The notes beneath the pieces were generated by a model. That model had not been told where the DNA came from and did not search any database. It saw nothing but the letters and a program-made list of their open reading frames with translations. DNA of 64,000 nucleotides. Origin: Sphyrna mokarran. Lineage: Eukaryota. The stretch covers positions 86,614,001 to 86,678,000 of the forward strand of contig JAGIQG010000009.1 in the NCBI GenBank assembly GCA_024679065.1, in the 5' to 3' direction. Of this stretch, positions 38,495 through 51,885 are shown piece by piece; positions within the stretch are counted from its first letter, which is position 1; each line of letters starts with the position of its first letter. The position numbers and the translations under genes were made by a program.

Positions 38495-39580
38495 AGAAAC
38501 ATAAAAACTAGAAGCAAAGAGTAGGTCATTTGGCCCTTCAAGCCTGCTTCACCATTCATTTTGATCATGGCTGATCATCAAATTCAATATCCTGGTCCTT
38601 CTTCCTTCCATATCCCATAATCCCTTTAGCCCCTAGATTTCTTCTTGAAATCAGACAACTTTTGGAACTCATTTCATTCTGTGGTAGTGAATTCCACACA
38701 TCCAACACCCTCTGGGTGAAGAAATTTCTCCTTACGTCAGGTCTAAAAGATTTATCCCTTACCCTCAAACTATGACCCCTAGTTCTGGACTCCCCCACCA
38801 TTGAGAGCATTCTTTCTTAATCGAACATGTCTAACCCTGTTAGAATTTTATAAATTTCTGTAAGATCCTCGCTCACTCTTCTAAACTCCAGTGAATATAA
38901 CCCTAACCAACTTAGTCTTTCCATATACAACAGATATGACAACCCAGCAATTTGACAGACCTGTTAAAGTAGCCTGGTAAACCTTCACTGTACTCCCTCT
39001 ATAGCAAGGACATTGTTCTAAGGACACCAAAATTGCATACAATACTCCAGGTGTAACTTCAACAACACTCTATTCAATTGGAGCAAAGTATCCCTATACT
39101 CAAATCTATCTCTATGAAAGCCAACATACCATTTGCCTTCTTTACTGCCTGCTGTACTGTTCGCTCACTTTCAGTGACTGATGCATGAGGACACTGAGGT
39201 CTTACTGAGTATCTATCTCTTTCAACTTACACCCATTCAAAGTAGTAATTTGTCTCCCTAATATTGTTGCCAAAGTGGATAACCTCACATTCATCCGCAT
39301 AAAACTGCATCTGCTATGCTTATGCCCAATCAGCCTATCCAAATTATGCTGAAGCATCTCTGCATCCTTCCCACAGCTCACTCTTCCACCCAACTTTGGA
39401 TCATTTGCAAATTTGGAGGTAATACCTCTAGTTCCCTCTTCCAAATCATTAATATGTAACGTGAACAGTTAGTGTCCTAGCACAGATCCTTGCACATCCC
39501 CACTAATCATTGACTGCCATGTGGAAAAAGACCCATTTATGCCAACTCTTTGCTTCCGATTTGCTAACCAGCTTTCTATC
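38495..39580 (-). mobile_element. Old decayed CR1 inserted into a minisatellite array
   Basis: SKFANDPKLGG, RTRGHSLRV, FFTQRVL remnants and tail. Confidence 0.8.
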
Positions 39581-39589
39581 TGTTTTACG

Positions 39590-40180
39590 ACTCAATGCTG
39601 AGGACATGCTGCACTGTCGGTGGGTCAATGCTGAGGACGTGCTACACTGTCAGTGAATCAATGCTGAGGGAGTGCCGCACTGTCAGAGGACCAATGCTGA
39701 GGGAGTGCTGCATTGTTGGGAACAGTCAATACCAAGGCTCTTCTCCGCTGTGGAAAATCAATTTTGATGGCGTGCTGCACGGTCAGATAGCGTGCTGCAC
39801 TATTAGTTAACCAGTGCTGAGGGAGTGCAGCACTCTGGGAGGGTCAGTGCTGCGGGGATGCAGCGCTGCCAAAGAAACTATGATGATGCAGTGTTGAACC
39901 TTAGCACAACGTTGAAGGAGGGCTGCACTGTCAAAGAATCAGTTCTGACAGAATGCTGCACTGTTGGATGGTCAATGCTGGGGCAGCGCTGTGCTGATGC
40001 AGAGTCAAAGCTAGGGGAGTGAACTGTTAACAGACAGTATCATGTAAGAGTGTAATTAGACAGAGATTTTGTAAGTGTGAACATCTGGTATGCTGGACAG
40101 TGACAATGGGCCTAGTGTTAGGGGTGGCTGGATGGTGAGTGCTGCATTGCCAAAGAGTCAGTGCTGCGCAAGTGCTGCCG
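39590..40180. repeat. 32-bp minisatellite (TCAATGCTGAGGGAGTGCTGCACTGTCRGAGG); further units at 38330-38492
   Basis: More than 10 degenerate units; the array is split by the CR1 at 38495-39580. Confidence 0.85.
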
Positions 40181-40189
40181 TGCCAAAAA

Positions 40190-42990
40190 ACACAGAACAC
40201 AGAACAGTTCAGCACAGTATAGGCCCTTAGGCCCTCAAAGTTGTGCCAAAGTTGTGTCCAAAACCGAGATCAAGCTCTCCCACTGCCTATCATTCTGGTG
40301 TGCTCCATGTGCCTATCCAATAACCGCTTGAAAGTTCCTAAAGTGTCAAAGAATAAAGAACAAAGAACAAAACAACACGAGAAACAGGCCCTTTGGCCCA
40401 ACGAGCCCGTGCCACCACCTTGACGTTCCCACTTCTACCCGTGATCCCTGTCTACGTTTATAGATCTGTGGATTGAAACCAAATTTGAGACAATTTAGGG
40501 AGAATTTGTTCTGCCAGTCAGCCTAACAGCACACCTCGGGATGTGGGAGGAAACCGGAGCACCTGGAGAAAACCCACGCAAGCACAGGGAGAATGCGCAA
40601 ACTCCCACAGACATCGGCCCAAATCCATGTATCTGCACAGCACAGCGATAGTCACTGAGCTGTCATGATGCCCACCAAATGGTCCAGGTCAAGCGTACAC
40701 TAACGATGTGAAGCACTAGGATACTCTCGAAAAATGCAAGAGCAGCCCTCTCACGACCCATCGTGTGTACGCCCCTTGTTAGACAACAAGGTGGACCAAA
40801 GCACCTGTAGAATAAAAACAAATACATCAATATCATCGACTATTTACACACTTCCTAGGGACTCCCAAGGCTCATGATCCCTATTTTAAATCAGTTTTCT
40901 ATACCCCTCCATTCCCATTCTGTTCATGTGCCCATCTAAGTATTTCTTAAATAACTCCAGAGTACCTGCCTCCACCACTTTACTTGGCAGCGCATTCCAT
41001 ACCCCCACCACCCTCTGTGTGAAAAAACTCCCTCTAGCATCCAAATTATACCTTACCCCCCTCACCCTAAGCCCATGACCCCTTGTGCTATTTGAGTCCA
41101 TCCTAGGAAAAAGCTTAACCCTGTTTACTCTATCTATCTCCTTCAAAATCTTGTATACCTCTATCAGATCTCCTCTAAGTCTACGTCTTTCTAAGGAAAA
41201 CAGCCCCAATTTGTCTAACCTCTCCTCGTAACTCAGAACTTCCATACCAGGCAGCATCCTGGTAAACCTCTTCTGAACTCTCTCCAGAGTCTCCACGTCC
41301 TGGACGCAGTATTCCAAATGAGGTCTAACCAACGTTTTATACAACTGCAACATTAAACGCCAGCTCTTGTACTCTATATCCCTTCCTATAAAGGTTAGCA
41401 TACTATATGCTTTCTTCACAACCTTCTCCACCTGTTCTGCCATCTTCAGAGACTTGTTCACCTGCACCCCCAGGTCCCTCTGCGTTTCTATACTCTTAAT
41501 AAGTCTACCCTTTATCATATACTTCTCCCCTACATTCTTTCTCCCGAAATGCATCACTTCACATTTATCAGGATTGAATTCCATCTGCCATCTATCTGCC
41601 CAAGCTACCAGCCTGTCTATGTCCTGCTGCATCGCCTGACAATGCTCCTCACTATCCGCAAGTCCAGCCATCTTTGTATCATCTGCAAACTTGCTGATCA
41701 CTCCACTTACTCCCTCTTCCAAGTCATTTATATATATTACAAATAGAAGAGGTCCCAGTACCGAGCCCTGCGGCACACCACTAGTGACTGACCTCCAGCT
41801 AGAAAAACACCCTTCCACTATTAGTCTCTGTCTCCTATTACTAAGCCAGTTACTTATCCATCTAGCTACCTGTCCTTGTATCCCATGAGCCTTGACCTTT
41901 TCAACTAACCTCCCATGAGGGACTTTGTCAAACGCCTTACTGAAATCCATATAGACAACATCAAGGGCTCGCCCTTCATCCACCGTTTTCGTCACCTCCT
42001 CAAAAAATTCTACCAGATTTGTAAGGCATGACCTCCCTTTAACAAAGTCATGCTGCGTATCCCTAATCAGATTGCAACGCTCTAAGTGCCTATACATCCT
42101 ATATCTCTGTCTGACTCCATTATCACAGCAGGCAGTCCTTTCCACACCCCAACCACTCTGAGTAAAGAACGTACGTTGGGCATCCCTCCTATATCTCCCA
42201 CCATGAACTTTATAGGTATGCCCCCTAATAACAGCTACATTCATCCAAGGAATTAGTCTCTGAATGTCGACTCTATCTATCCTCTTATAAACCTCTATTA
42301 AGTCACCTCTCATCCTCCTCCGCTTTAAAGAGAAAAGCCCAGCTCCCTCAACCTTTCCTCATAAGATATACCCTCCAAACCAGGCAGCATCCTAGTAAAT
42401 CTCCTCTGCACTCTCTCCAATGCTTCCACATCCTTCTTATAATGAGGTGACCAGAACTGCACACAATATTCCAAGTGGTCTCACCAAAGTCCTGTACGGT
42501 TGCAGCATAACCCTACGGCTCTTAAACTCAAACCCCCCTGTTAATAAATGCTATCACACTATAAGCCTTCTTCACGGCTCTATCCACTGGAGTGACAACC
42601 TTCAGAGATCTATGAATATGAACCCCAAGATCCCTGTTCTTCCACATTCCTCAGAACCTTGCCATTGACCCTGTAATCCGCCTTCAAATTTGTCCTACCA
42701 AAATGAATCACCTCACACTTATGGGTTAAACTCCATCTGCCATTTTTCGGCCCAGCTCTGCATCCTATCAATGTCTCTTTGCAGCTTACAAGAGCCCTCT
42801 ACCTCATCCACTACTCCACCAATCTAGATGCCATCAGCAAATTTACTAACCCATCCTTCAACCCCTTCCTCCAAGTCATTGACAAAAGTCACAAATAGCA
42901 GAGGACTCAGCACTCATCCCTGTGGTACACTGCTGGTAACTGGCCTCCAGTCTGAAAATTTTCCCTCCATCACCACCCTCTGGATAATTA
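40190..42990 (-). mobile_element. CR1 3' fragment (40190-40347 plus 42107-42990) split by a nested younger CR1
   Basis: Tail at 40190; sequence resumes at ~42107 with a shared TGTC at both junctions. Confidence 0.8.
40348..42106 (-). mobile_element. Young long-UTR CR1 (RT domain open, 24-nt in-frame deletion) in MHC intron 4
   Basis: Full RT motif set within ORF 40886..42313; FWSPYYRK missing; (AAAGAAC)n tail. Confidence 0.95.
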
Positions 42991-43119
42991 ACTGGCTATC
43001 TCATAGAAGACAATCAGCCAAATTTCCTTCTTTCCCACACCTCCTTACTTTCTTCATGAGCAGACAATTGGTGGTAGAATCAGTGCTGGGGCGGGGACAG
43101 GACCTGATGCCGAGGGTGG

Positions 43120-43525
43120 GAACGATGATGTTTGTGTAGTGGGTGACAATGGGGTGGTTCAGTGGTGATGTTGGGTGTAATATAATGAGATATGATTGGT
43201 TTTGTATAGAGGATAATGATGGGCTTAGTGTAGAGGATGGTGATGTGTAATGGATAATGAAGAGAGTGATGATGAGCTTAGTGTAGGAGATGATGTAGAT
43301 TGTGATAATGGGGGTAGTGTAGGTGATGATGGATAGGGTGATGAAGGGGTAATGATGGTGTAGAGTGTAGGGTGTTACCATAGGAGTGATTTATGGTGCA
43401 GCGATGGGTATAGTTTAGGGGTCGATGATGGGGTTTGCTTGGTGTAATGGTGGGGGAGTGTAGAGGGTGATGATGGGATTAGGAGTGATGATGCAGATAA
43501 TGCAGGAAATGATTATGCGGTTGTG
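43120..43525. repeat. Low-complexity G/T-rich degenerate tandem array (GTGATGATGGG/GTGTAG)
   Basis: Recurrent gtgatgatg and gtgtag motifs with very few C. Confidence 0.7.
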
Positions 43526-43529
43526 TAGC

Positions 43530-44565
43530 ATAGAACATAGAGCATATGATGGGAGATATTCATCGTGGAGTTCGGTGACAAGTGGTGTACCTCAGGGGTC
43601 TGTTTTGGGGCCCCTGCTGTTTGTAATTTTTATAAATGATCAGGATGAGGGTACTGAGGGATGGATTAGTAAATTTGCAGATGACACGAAAGTCGGTGGA
43701 GTGGTAGATAGTGAAGAGGGGTGTTATAGTTTGCAGAGGGACTTGGACAAGTTGCAGAGCTGGGCCGAGAGGTGGCAAATGGAGTTTAATGTGGAAAAGT
43801 GTGAGGTAATGCACTTTGGCAGGAATAATAAATGTGTAGAGTATAGGGCTAATGGTAGGATTCTTAATAGTGTTGATGAACAGAGGGATCTTGGTGTATA
43901 TGTGCATAGATCCCTGAAAGTAGGCAGTCAAATCGATAAGGTTGTTAAGAAGGCATATGGAGTCTTACCTTTTATTGGTAGGGGGATTGAATTTCGGAGC
44001 CGCAACGTCATGTTGCAACTGTACAAAACTCTAGTGCGGCCGCACTTGGAGTATTGTGTGCAGTTCTGGTCCCCACATTATAAGAAAGATGTGGAGGCAT
44101 TGGAGAGGGTACAGAGGAGGTTTACCAGGATGTTGCCTGGTATGGAGGGCAGGTCTTATGAGGAGAGGCTGAGGGATTTGAGGTTGTTTTCGTTAGAAAG
44201 GAGGCGGCTAAGAGGGGACCTAATCGAGACATATAAGATGATTAGAGGTTTAGATAGGGTGGACAGTGATAGCCTTTTTCCTAGGATGGAAAAAGCTAGC
44301 ACGAGGGGACACAGCTTTAAATTAAGGGGTGATAGTTATAGGACCGATATCAGAGGTAGGTCTTTACCCAAAGGTGGTTCGGGAGTGGAATGCCCTGCCT
44401 GCAGCAGTTGTAGATGCGCCAAGTTTGGTGGCGTTTAAGAGGTTAGTTGATAATTATATGGAAGAGAAGGGATGGTTTAGTTTGGAGGGGCATTGCTTTT
44501 TATATTGGTTGGCGCAACATCGAAGGCCGAAGGGCCTGTTCTGTGCTGTAATGTTCTATGTTCTA
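43530..44565 (+). mobile_element. Young CR1 3' fragment
   Basis: [24 protein letters not shown]; ATGTTCT tail; tail-to-tail with the next element. Confidence 0.95.
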
Positions 44566-46220
44566 TTACAGTGCAGTACAGGCCTTCGGCCCTCGATGTT
44601 GCGCCGGCCAGTGGACCCTCTAACCTAAACTATTCCAATATCATCCATATGCCTATCCACCGACCATTTGAATGCCCCCAAAGTAGGCGAGTCCACAACT
44701 GCTGCAGGGAGGGCATTCCACGCCCTCACCACCCTCTGGGTAAAGAACCTGCCTCTGACATCCATCCTATAACTACCACCTCTTAATTTAAAGTTATGTC
44801 CCCTCGTGCTGGTCATCACCATCCGAGGAAAAAGGCTCTCACACTCCACCCTATCCAGTCCTTTGATCATCTTATACGCCTCAATTAGGTCACCGCGTAA
44901 CCTTCTTCTCTCTAATGAAAATAACCTCAGGTCCCTCAGCCTTTCCTCATAAGGCCTTCCCACCATACCAGGCAACATCCTGGTAAACCTCCTCTGCACC
45001 CTTTCCAATGCTTCCACATCTTTCTTATAATGCGGCGACCAGAACTGTACGCAATACTCCAAGTGCGGCCGCACCAGAGTTTTGTACAGTTGTAACATAA
45101 CCTCACGGCTCCTAAATTCAATCCCTCTACCAATAAAAGCTAACACACCGTACGCCTTCTTAACAACTTTATCAACCTGGGTGCCAACTTTCAAAGAGCT
45201 ATGTACTTGTACCCCAAGATCCCTCTGCTCGACAACACTATTAAGGGTCCTTCCATTAGCCCTATATTTCATATGCCTGTTATTCCTACCAAAGTGAATC
45301 ACCTCACACTTATCCGTATTGAATTCCATTTGCCACCTCACGGCCCAGCTCTGCAACCTATGTCCCTCTGCAAACTGTAACATCCATCCTCGCCGTCTAC
45401 AACTCCCCCCACTTTGGTATCATCAGCAAATTTACTAATCCAACCCTCTACACCCTCATCTAGGTCATTTATAAAAATGACAAACAGCAGTGGCCCTAAA
45501 ACAGATCCTTGAGGTACACCACTTGTAACTGCACTCCAGGTTGAATATTTCCCATCAACCACCACCCTCTGTCTTCGATCAGCTAGCCAATTCCTAATCC
45601 AAACTGCTAAATCACCTTCAATCCCATGCATCTGCACTTTCTGCAGTAGCCTACCATGGGGAACTTTATCAAACGCTTTGCTAAAATCCATATACACTAC
45701 ATCAACTGCCTTACCCTTATCTACCTCTTTGGTCACCTCCTCAAAAAACTCAATAAGGTTTGTGAGGCACGACCTACCCTTCACAAAACCGTGCTGACTA
45801 TCCCTAATCAATTTATTTCTCTCTAGATGCTTATAAATCCTATCCCTTATAATTCTTTCCAAGACCTTGCCCACAACAGAAGTCAGGCTCACCGGTCTAT
45901 AATTTCCAGGATGGTCCCTACTCCCCTTTTTGAACAAAGGGACAACATTTGCCATCCTCCAGTCTTCCGGCACTATACCTGTAGCTAACGACGACATGAA
46001 GATCAAAGCCAAAGGCTCTGCAATCTCCTCTCTAGCCTCCCAGAGAATCCTAGGGTAAATCCCATCTGGCCCAGGGGACTTATCAATTTTCATACCCTCA
46101 AGATTCGCTAACACCTCCTCCTTATGAACCTCAATCCTGCCCAGTCTACAACCTGGTATCGCAGTATTCTCCCCGACAACATTGTCTTTCTCCTGCATGA
46201 ATACTGACGAAAAAGCATGC
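44566..46220 (-). mobile_element. Young CR1 with nearly complete RT domain (single frameshift near 45360)
   Basis: [30 protein letters not shown]; ORFs 45338..46531 and 44625..45383 overlap in different frames. Confidence 0.95.
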
Positions 46221-46234
46221 CATGGGGAGGTCAT

Positions 46235-46980
46235 ATTTAAAAACGGAAAAACATTATGAAAGTAAGACAGCAGCAAACATGAAAACTGGTTGTACATATC
46301 TATATAAACTTTTGCAAAGAAAAGATCGACAAAAACAAATGTAGGCCCCTTACAGTCAGAACTGGGAGAATTGATAATGGGGAACAAAGAAATAGCTGAG
46401 GAACTAAATTTGGAATTTGCTTCTGTCTTCACAAAGGAAGACATGAATAACGTACCAGAATTTCTGAGAGAACTACATTTTCGTGAGGAGTTAATGGAAT
46501 TCAGCAGTAGTAGAGAAATGGTTTTGCACAAATTGATGAGATTGCCAATAATAGAAAGACAGATGTTTACTTTAAAGTGTGTAAATTGAGAATGGTGGAT
46601 ATTCAGTGAGACCTTGGTGTCCTCCTACATCAGTCACTGAAAGTAAGTGTGCAGGTACTGCAGGCAGTAAAGAGAGCAAATGGTATGTTGGCCTTATTGG
46701 GGAAAGGGTTTAGTACAGGAATAGAGATGTCTTGCTGAAATTGGTCAGGACATTCATGAGGCTACACCTGCAGTATTGTATGCAACTTCAAAATCCTTAT
46801 CTGAGGAAGGATGTCTCTGCCATACAGCGGAAATAGCAAAGGTTTGCCAGGTTGATTCCTAGGATGTCATATGAGGAGATTAAAAAAAACTGGTTAGGGT
46901 TACGTTCACTATAATTTAGAAGATTCAGAGAGGATCTCAAAGAAATTTTTAAAATTCTAAGAATTAGACAGGGTAGTCTA
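46235..46980 (+). mobile_element. Old decayed CR1 fragment
   Basis: [17 protein letters not shown] and degenerate downstream RT motifs. Confidence 0.7.
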
Positions 46981-48540
46981 AGGAGTGATAATGCAGATAG
47001 TGTAAGGTGTGATAATGAGAATTATGTAAGGAATTATGATGTGATTTGTCCAGCGGGTTCCAATAAGAGAAGTTCACTTTGTTTTTCACATCTTATTGAG
47101 AATGACTGCCACAGATAAAAACAAAATAAAATGAGAAAAAAAAAGAGGGATGCTCAAAGACCAAAACTGGAAGGAAAACCATTCTTGTATTCTTCCATCC
47201 AGATTTTGGTGTTCAAGTACAATCTGTGAGAAATTAAATCATTGATTGTGTTTACTGACATAGTTGACTGGAGAACTGAAAAAAGCTGTACTGAATTAGT
47301 CTCAAAATACGTGAATTCACAATAGAACTTTTCTATCAATTTTGTTCCAACCTTCTGTTCAGTCTTTATGAAGATTAAAGTCCTCCATGATTAGTACATT
47401 ACTTTAGTTAGAGGACTACAAATTTTATCATACCGATCCGCCCAACTACATAAATTTTGTTTGGGGCCCAGAAACATCTCCAATTGGCTCTTCTCTGATT
47501 CTTGCTATTCCTAATCTCCCCCCAATACTGCTTCCACTTCTGAGCCAAGATTCATTCTTTCTTTCATGTGTCTGTAATTCTTTACTACATGGGCTCCTCC
47601 TCCTTTTCCATTCTGCCTGTCTTTCAAAACGTGGGGTACCATGCAATATTTATTTCCTGATATTGATCATCTGATAACCATGTTTTTATAATTGTGATTA
47701 TATCAAATCCATTTATCTCTATTTGTTTTGCTAGTTCCTTCATCCTTTTACAAAGGTTTTGTGTGTACTATTCCATAAATGAAGTCTATACACTGTTGCA
47801 TGATGGCTGTTAAACAGTCTTGTCACCTTCTGTCCAACCTGTTTGTCATAAGCCAAACCGCCTCAACTCCTCTCTCTTTCTAAATTTCCCTTCACCCGCT
47901 CGGTCCCACAATTTGCAGACAAGACACACACCGCTATTTCTCTCAAATTTTAGTTATTTATTTGATTTGTTAACTATTTGTTCCCAATTCAGTAACATAA
48001 TAGCATTTTTAGGCTCTGAGTTTGAAAACAGAGAAAGAACACTCATTACAGATGCCAATCAAAAATACTCTGTCCTCTAACTGCTGAGTCCTCAGGCAGG
48101 CATGCTTTTATGAAGGATCCAAGCCATTGTAATATTAAATGTGCATTTGTCAGCATAGTATTTAAGAATCCCATTACCCAAATTGAAGATTTGGGGCAAT
48201 GGGATTGAAAACATTGCACTTTCAGTCACCTCAAAGAACTGAGTGATGTTAACCACTTGTTTGATAAATTTACGTGAACAACTATATAACGCTGTAAACC
48301 TATTCAAAATTGGTTTCCAATTCAAAGAACAAAGAACAAAACAGCACAGGAAACAGGACCTTCGGCCCAACGAGCCTGCGCTGCCACCCCGATGTTCCCA
48401 CCTCTACTCGCGATCCCTGTCCATGTTTATAGATTCAAAATTGGACTGTGCAAAATACACAGCCTCAGAGTTTCCTTGTCTCCCTCTGTCATTACATGTT
48501 CTTTGACACATGCACAGACACATCCAGTTCGATTGCTTAC

Positions 48541-48819
48541 CCCACTGATGGATCTTGGGCTCTGCCAGGCTGCTGTGTTCAATTTGACAGGAATATTGAT
48601 TCTCATCTCCAGCATTAATTTCAATCACTTTCTGGATCTGATGGGTGTCATTGTGGTTCGGTCGAACCCCTGAGGATAGTGTCTCAGACATTACCTCTCC
48701 ATTCCTTAGCCAAGTAACCTCAATGTCTGCAGGATAAAATCCAGTAACCAGGCAGGAGAGAGTGAACAGCTTATATTGACCAATGGGCTCATTTCTCGTG
48801 ATGAAGACATCAGGCTGAA
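48541..48819 (-). CDS. MHC class I-like heavy chain exon 4 (alpha3, Ig C1-set)
   Basis: 279-nt phase 1-1 exon: VQPDVFIT...LSCLVTGFYPADIEVTWLRNG...GVRPNHNDTHQ...YSCQIEHSSL...W. Donor G|GTAAG. Confidence 0.92.
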
Positions 48820-49004
48820 CTGAAATGGAATGAGCGAAAGCACAAACAATATAATAGATATTAAATGGAATGGGATTTTTACAGTATCTTCATTACCATG
48901 TTAATGTAAGATTACTTCTGACACTAGTAAATAAACAAAAATAGAATGGTTTAATTGATCAGTGAAGTTAGATCAGAATGTGGGATTAAAACTGAAATAA
49001 ATAC

Positions 49005-49280
49005 CTTTCTTATTGAGATATTCTTTTCCAAAATATAGACGTGATTTTAAACGTTCAACAAGTTCTACTTCCATCAACCATTTCCAAAACGTGTTCCAGG
49101 ATTCATCAAAATCCCATTTCTCCTTAGTCTTCACTGCATTGTGATGTGTTGCGACCCATCTCATTCTGTCTGATTCTAAACTAATATAGTCCTTTCCATC
49201 AAATCCAACACTCATCGATCTCTTAATGGAGCCATCTTCACTGACCTCAACGTTCCTTATCCATTGCAGAACGTGTATTC
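49005..49280 (-). CDS. MHC class I-like heavy chain exon 3 (alpha2 domain, cysteine-free)
   Basis: 276-nt phase 1-1 exon with AG/GT ends. GIHVLQW...EDG...GFDGKDYISL...WVA...AVKTKEKWD...LKSRLYFGKEYL aligns to class I alpha2 motifs. Confidence 0.9.
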
Positions 49281-50352
49281 CTGTCATTGATCAGAGAAAA
49301 AGATTAGATTGTAAATGGAAAAGGGTTCTTATTTCATTAGTGGATTTCTCAATGGGTTCAGTATTGTCATATATTATAATATTGGACACATTTCTGGGCT
49401 CAGTATTACAGGAATAAAATGCATTCTGGCAACAATATTACAATCTATTACAATAAATCCATCCATGAGCTCAGTATTACAGGAATTTTTCTGTGGGTTC
49501 TGTATTATATAATAGGTATTTCTATGGGTTCAATAATATTTTTCTTAATTTTATAGAATGTGGACATCACTGACTGTGCAAGCATTTATTGCCCATCCTG
49601 AGTTTCCCTTGAGTAGGTTTGGTGGATTGTCTTTTTGAGCTGCAGTAGTCCTGGAAGTACAGGTACATCCACAGTGGTGTTTGGGTGGGAATTTCAGGGG
49701 TTAACCAGAGATAATGAAGGAATGCAACGTACTTCCAAGTTCGGATGGCGAGTAACTTGGAGCAGAACCTCCAGGTAGTGGTTCCCAGGTATCTGCTGCC
49801 CTTGCCATTCTGGATGGTAATGGTCATGGGTTTAGCAGGTGTTCCCGAAGGAACCTTGATGAATTCCTGCATTTTGTAGACGGTACACATAGCTGCTACT
49901 GTTCATCAGTGATGGACGGAATGATGGAAGGGATAACAATTAAGTGGTGCTTTGTCCTGGATAGTATGAAGCTTCTTGAGTGTTATTGGAGCTGCATTCA
50001 TCCAGTCAACTGAAGAGTATTCCATCACACTCTTGGCTTGTAGGTTTTGGGTAGTCAGATCAAATACTCGGTGCAGGGTCCCTAGCCTCTAACCTGCTCT
50101 GGTCGCCATATTATTTATATGGCTAATCAAGTTCAGTTTCTGGATCAATAGTCAACCCCCAGCATATCGGTAGTGTGAGATTTGCGATGATAACATCATT
50201 CAACGTCAAGGGGCGACGGTTAGATTTCTTCTTGTTTGGGATGGTCATTATCTGGCCCTTACGTGATACAAAATGTAACTTGTCATTTATCAGCCCAAGC
50301 CGGGATATTGCCTAGATCTTGCTGCATTTGGACATGAACTCCTTCAGTATCT

Positions 50353-50555
50353 TGTCAGGGTATGAGATCAGAAACCCCAAGATATATTATGATATTAGTC
50401 CAGACCCCAACTATTGGCTATTTTGGCATTAGTGTGGTGATATGATGTTTCACTCTAGGTGTGATTCTACTGACAATCTGGAAAGCTTTTTTCAAAACAA
50501 ACTTTACTTAACGACACAGTTAAACTATAATAAATTAATGGTGGGGGGAGGGGGG

Positions 50556-50589
<34 letters not shown>

Positions 50590-50957
50590 GACACTAGTCT
50601 TCTGACAACCCCCAACAGCACATCTAAAGAGAGAGACAGACAGACAGATAGAAAGACACTTCTTGCTTCTTTCAGAACCGGACAGAAACTGTTTAAAACA
50701 CCATCTCACCTGCAAGCTTAGCTCCACCCATTAACATATGACTCTGTCAATCAACCTAATCAACACTTTATTCTGAAACCCCAAAGGAAACCTAAGCAAA
50801 TACCAATGCATTAACTCTTTTTAGACAAACACACTGTTGCTAATATCAGTCATTATCCTGCATTCTCAGCAGAGCACAAATCAGCGCTCCAAAATATAGT
50901 TGAATTTTAAACATACTCCTTATAAGAAGCATATATAAAAGACACAGTATCATCACA
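50353..50957 (-). mobile_element. Solo LTR inserted into an older LINE
   Basis: TG...CA termini, near-matching 4-bp flanks atct/aact, internal (GA)n tract. The host LINE sequence resumes on both sides. Confidence 0.5.
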
Positions 50958-51309
50958 AACTAAGGAGTCATGAATCATACCAAACATTGAGCAGTCATCA
51001 GCAAACATTCCCACTTTTGACCTTTTGGAGGAAGGAAGGTCACTGATGAAGCAGCTGAAGATGGTTAGGCTGAGGATAATACTCTATTGTGATGTCTCAA
51101 CACTTGGCATTGTCGGGACTGTAAATTTGACTGGATTGGAGGATAATCTATTTTACAAAGTTCACTTACATGGGAACTGAACTTTATGTTACCCATTAGC
51201 ACAATCAAAGATCAAAACAGCACGGGAAACAGGCCCTTCGGCCCAACGAGCCTGCGCCGCCACCCCGATGTTCCCAGCTCTACCCGCGATCCCTGTCGCA
51301 GGTAAGGGC

Positions 51310-51835
51310 AGCAGGAGTGATTGTGCAAAGAATAGGAATCATACTGTTTGTGAACTAATAGTCCTGGGAAACAACACTTCAAAAGCACTGGAGGCTGTTA
51401 ACCAAGGAATGGCTGAACTGAGATTATGTACACAACAGACACTGTACACAGTGGGCTACCAGTTATCACAACAACAATTATAGGCAATAAATGCATAACC
51501 CATGTCACAGAGAGTCTTATAACATTACACAAGTCGTCAATAACATCAGAGAACAACTTGATAGCTTCAGACAGGGACCAAAGAAAGGAAATAACTGGCT
51601 GGAAAGGCTAATGAAGAGGGGGGTCCTTGGAATCTTATTTATTACATGGATTGGTCATACTCATTTCAATTGTAATTATCTAATTGTTGGCTGCCTAAAA
51701 GCCTGCTACAAGGTTATGGTAATGGAAATTGTGCCAAGAGCCAGTGTATTCATTGAGGGAGAACCCATGATGAAGATTCCCGAAGACATCAGAAGAAACG
51801 AAGAAGGAAAGAAGAAAATTGACCATTACATATAA
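51310..51835 (+). mobile_element. env: Endogenous retrovirus env remnant 2 (TM subunit, frameshifted) in MHC intron 2
   Basis: Heptad LGNNTSKALEAVNQGMAELRL, ISD-like QQTLYTVGYQLSQQ, IIGNKCITHVT, ESYNITQVVNNIREQL, then a hydrophobic anchor; followed by a purine tract and an LTR. Confidence 0.7.
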
Positions 51836-51885
51836 AGATGCAACTGTTGGTCTAGGTATTATTAAAAATAATAAGAGAGGACGAT

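Noticed and set aside
39590-40180. CRISPR-like array
   Set aside because: Head-to-tail degenerate units without unique spacers, no cas genes, and a vertebrate context.
40886-42313. 475-aa ORF as an intact or novel RT gene
   Set aside because: It reads through the junction of two nested CR1 copies at ~42107. The N-terminus is the host element's 3' region, and there is no endonuclease.
43001-43381. His/Ile/Thr-rich 126-aa ORF
   Set aside because: Translation of a low-complexity tandem array.
45338-46531. 397-aa ORF with a novel N-terminal extension
   Set aside because: The first ~100 aa are the antisense of a neighbouring + strand CR1 fragment; true RT homology starts near 46220.
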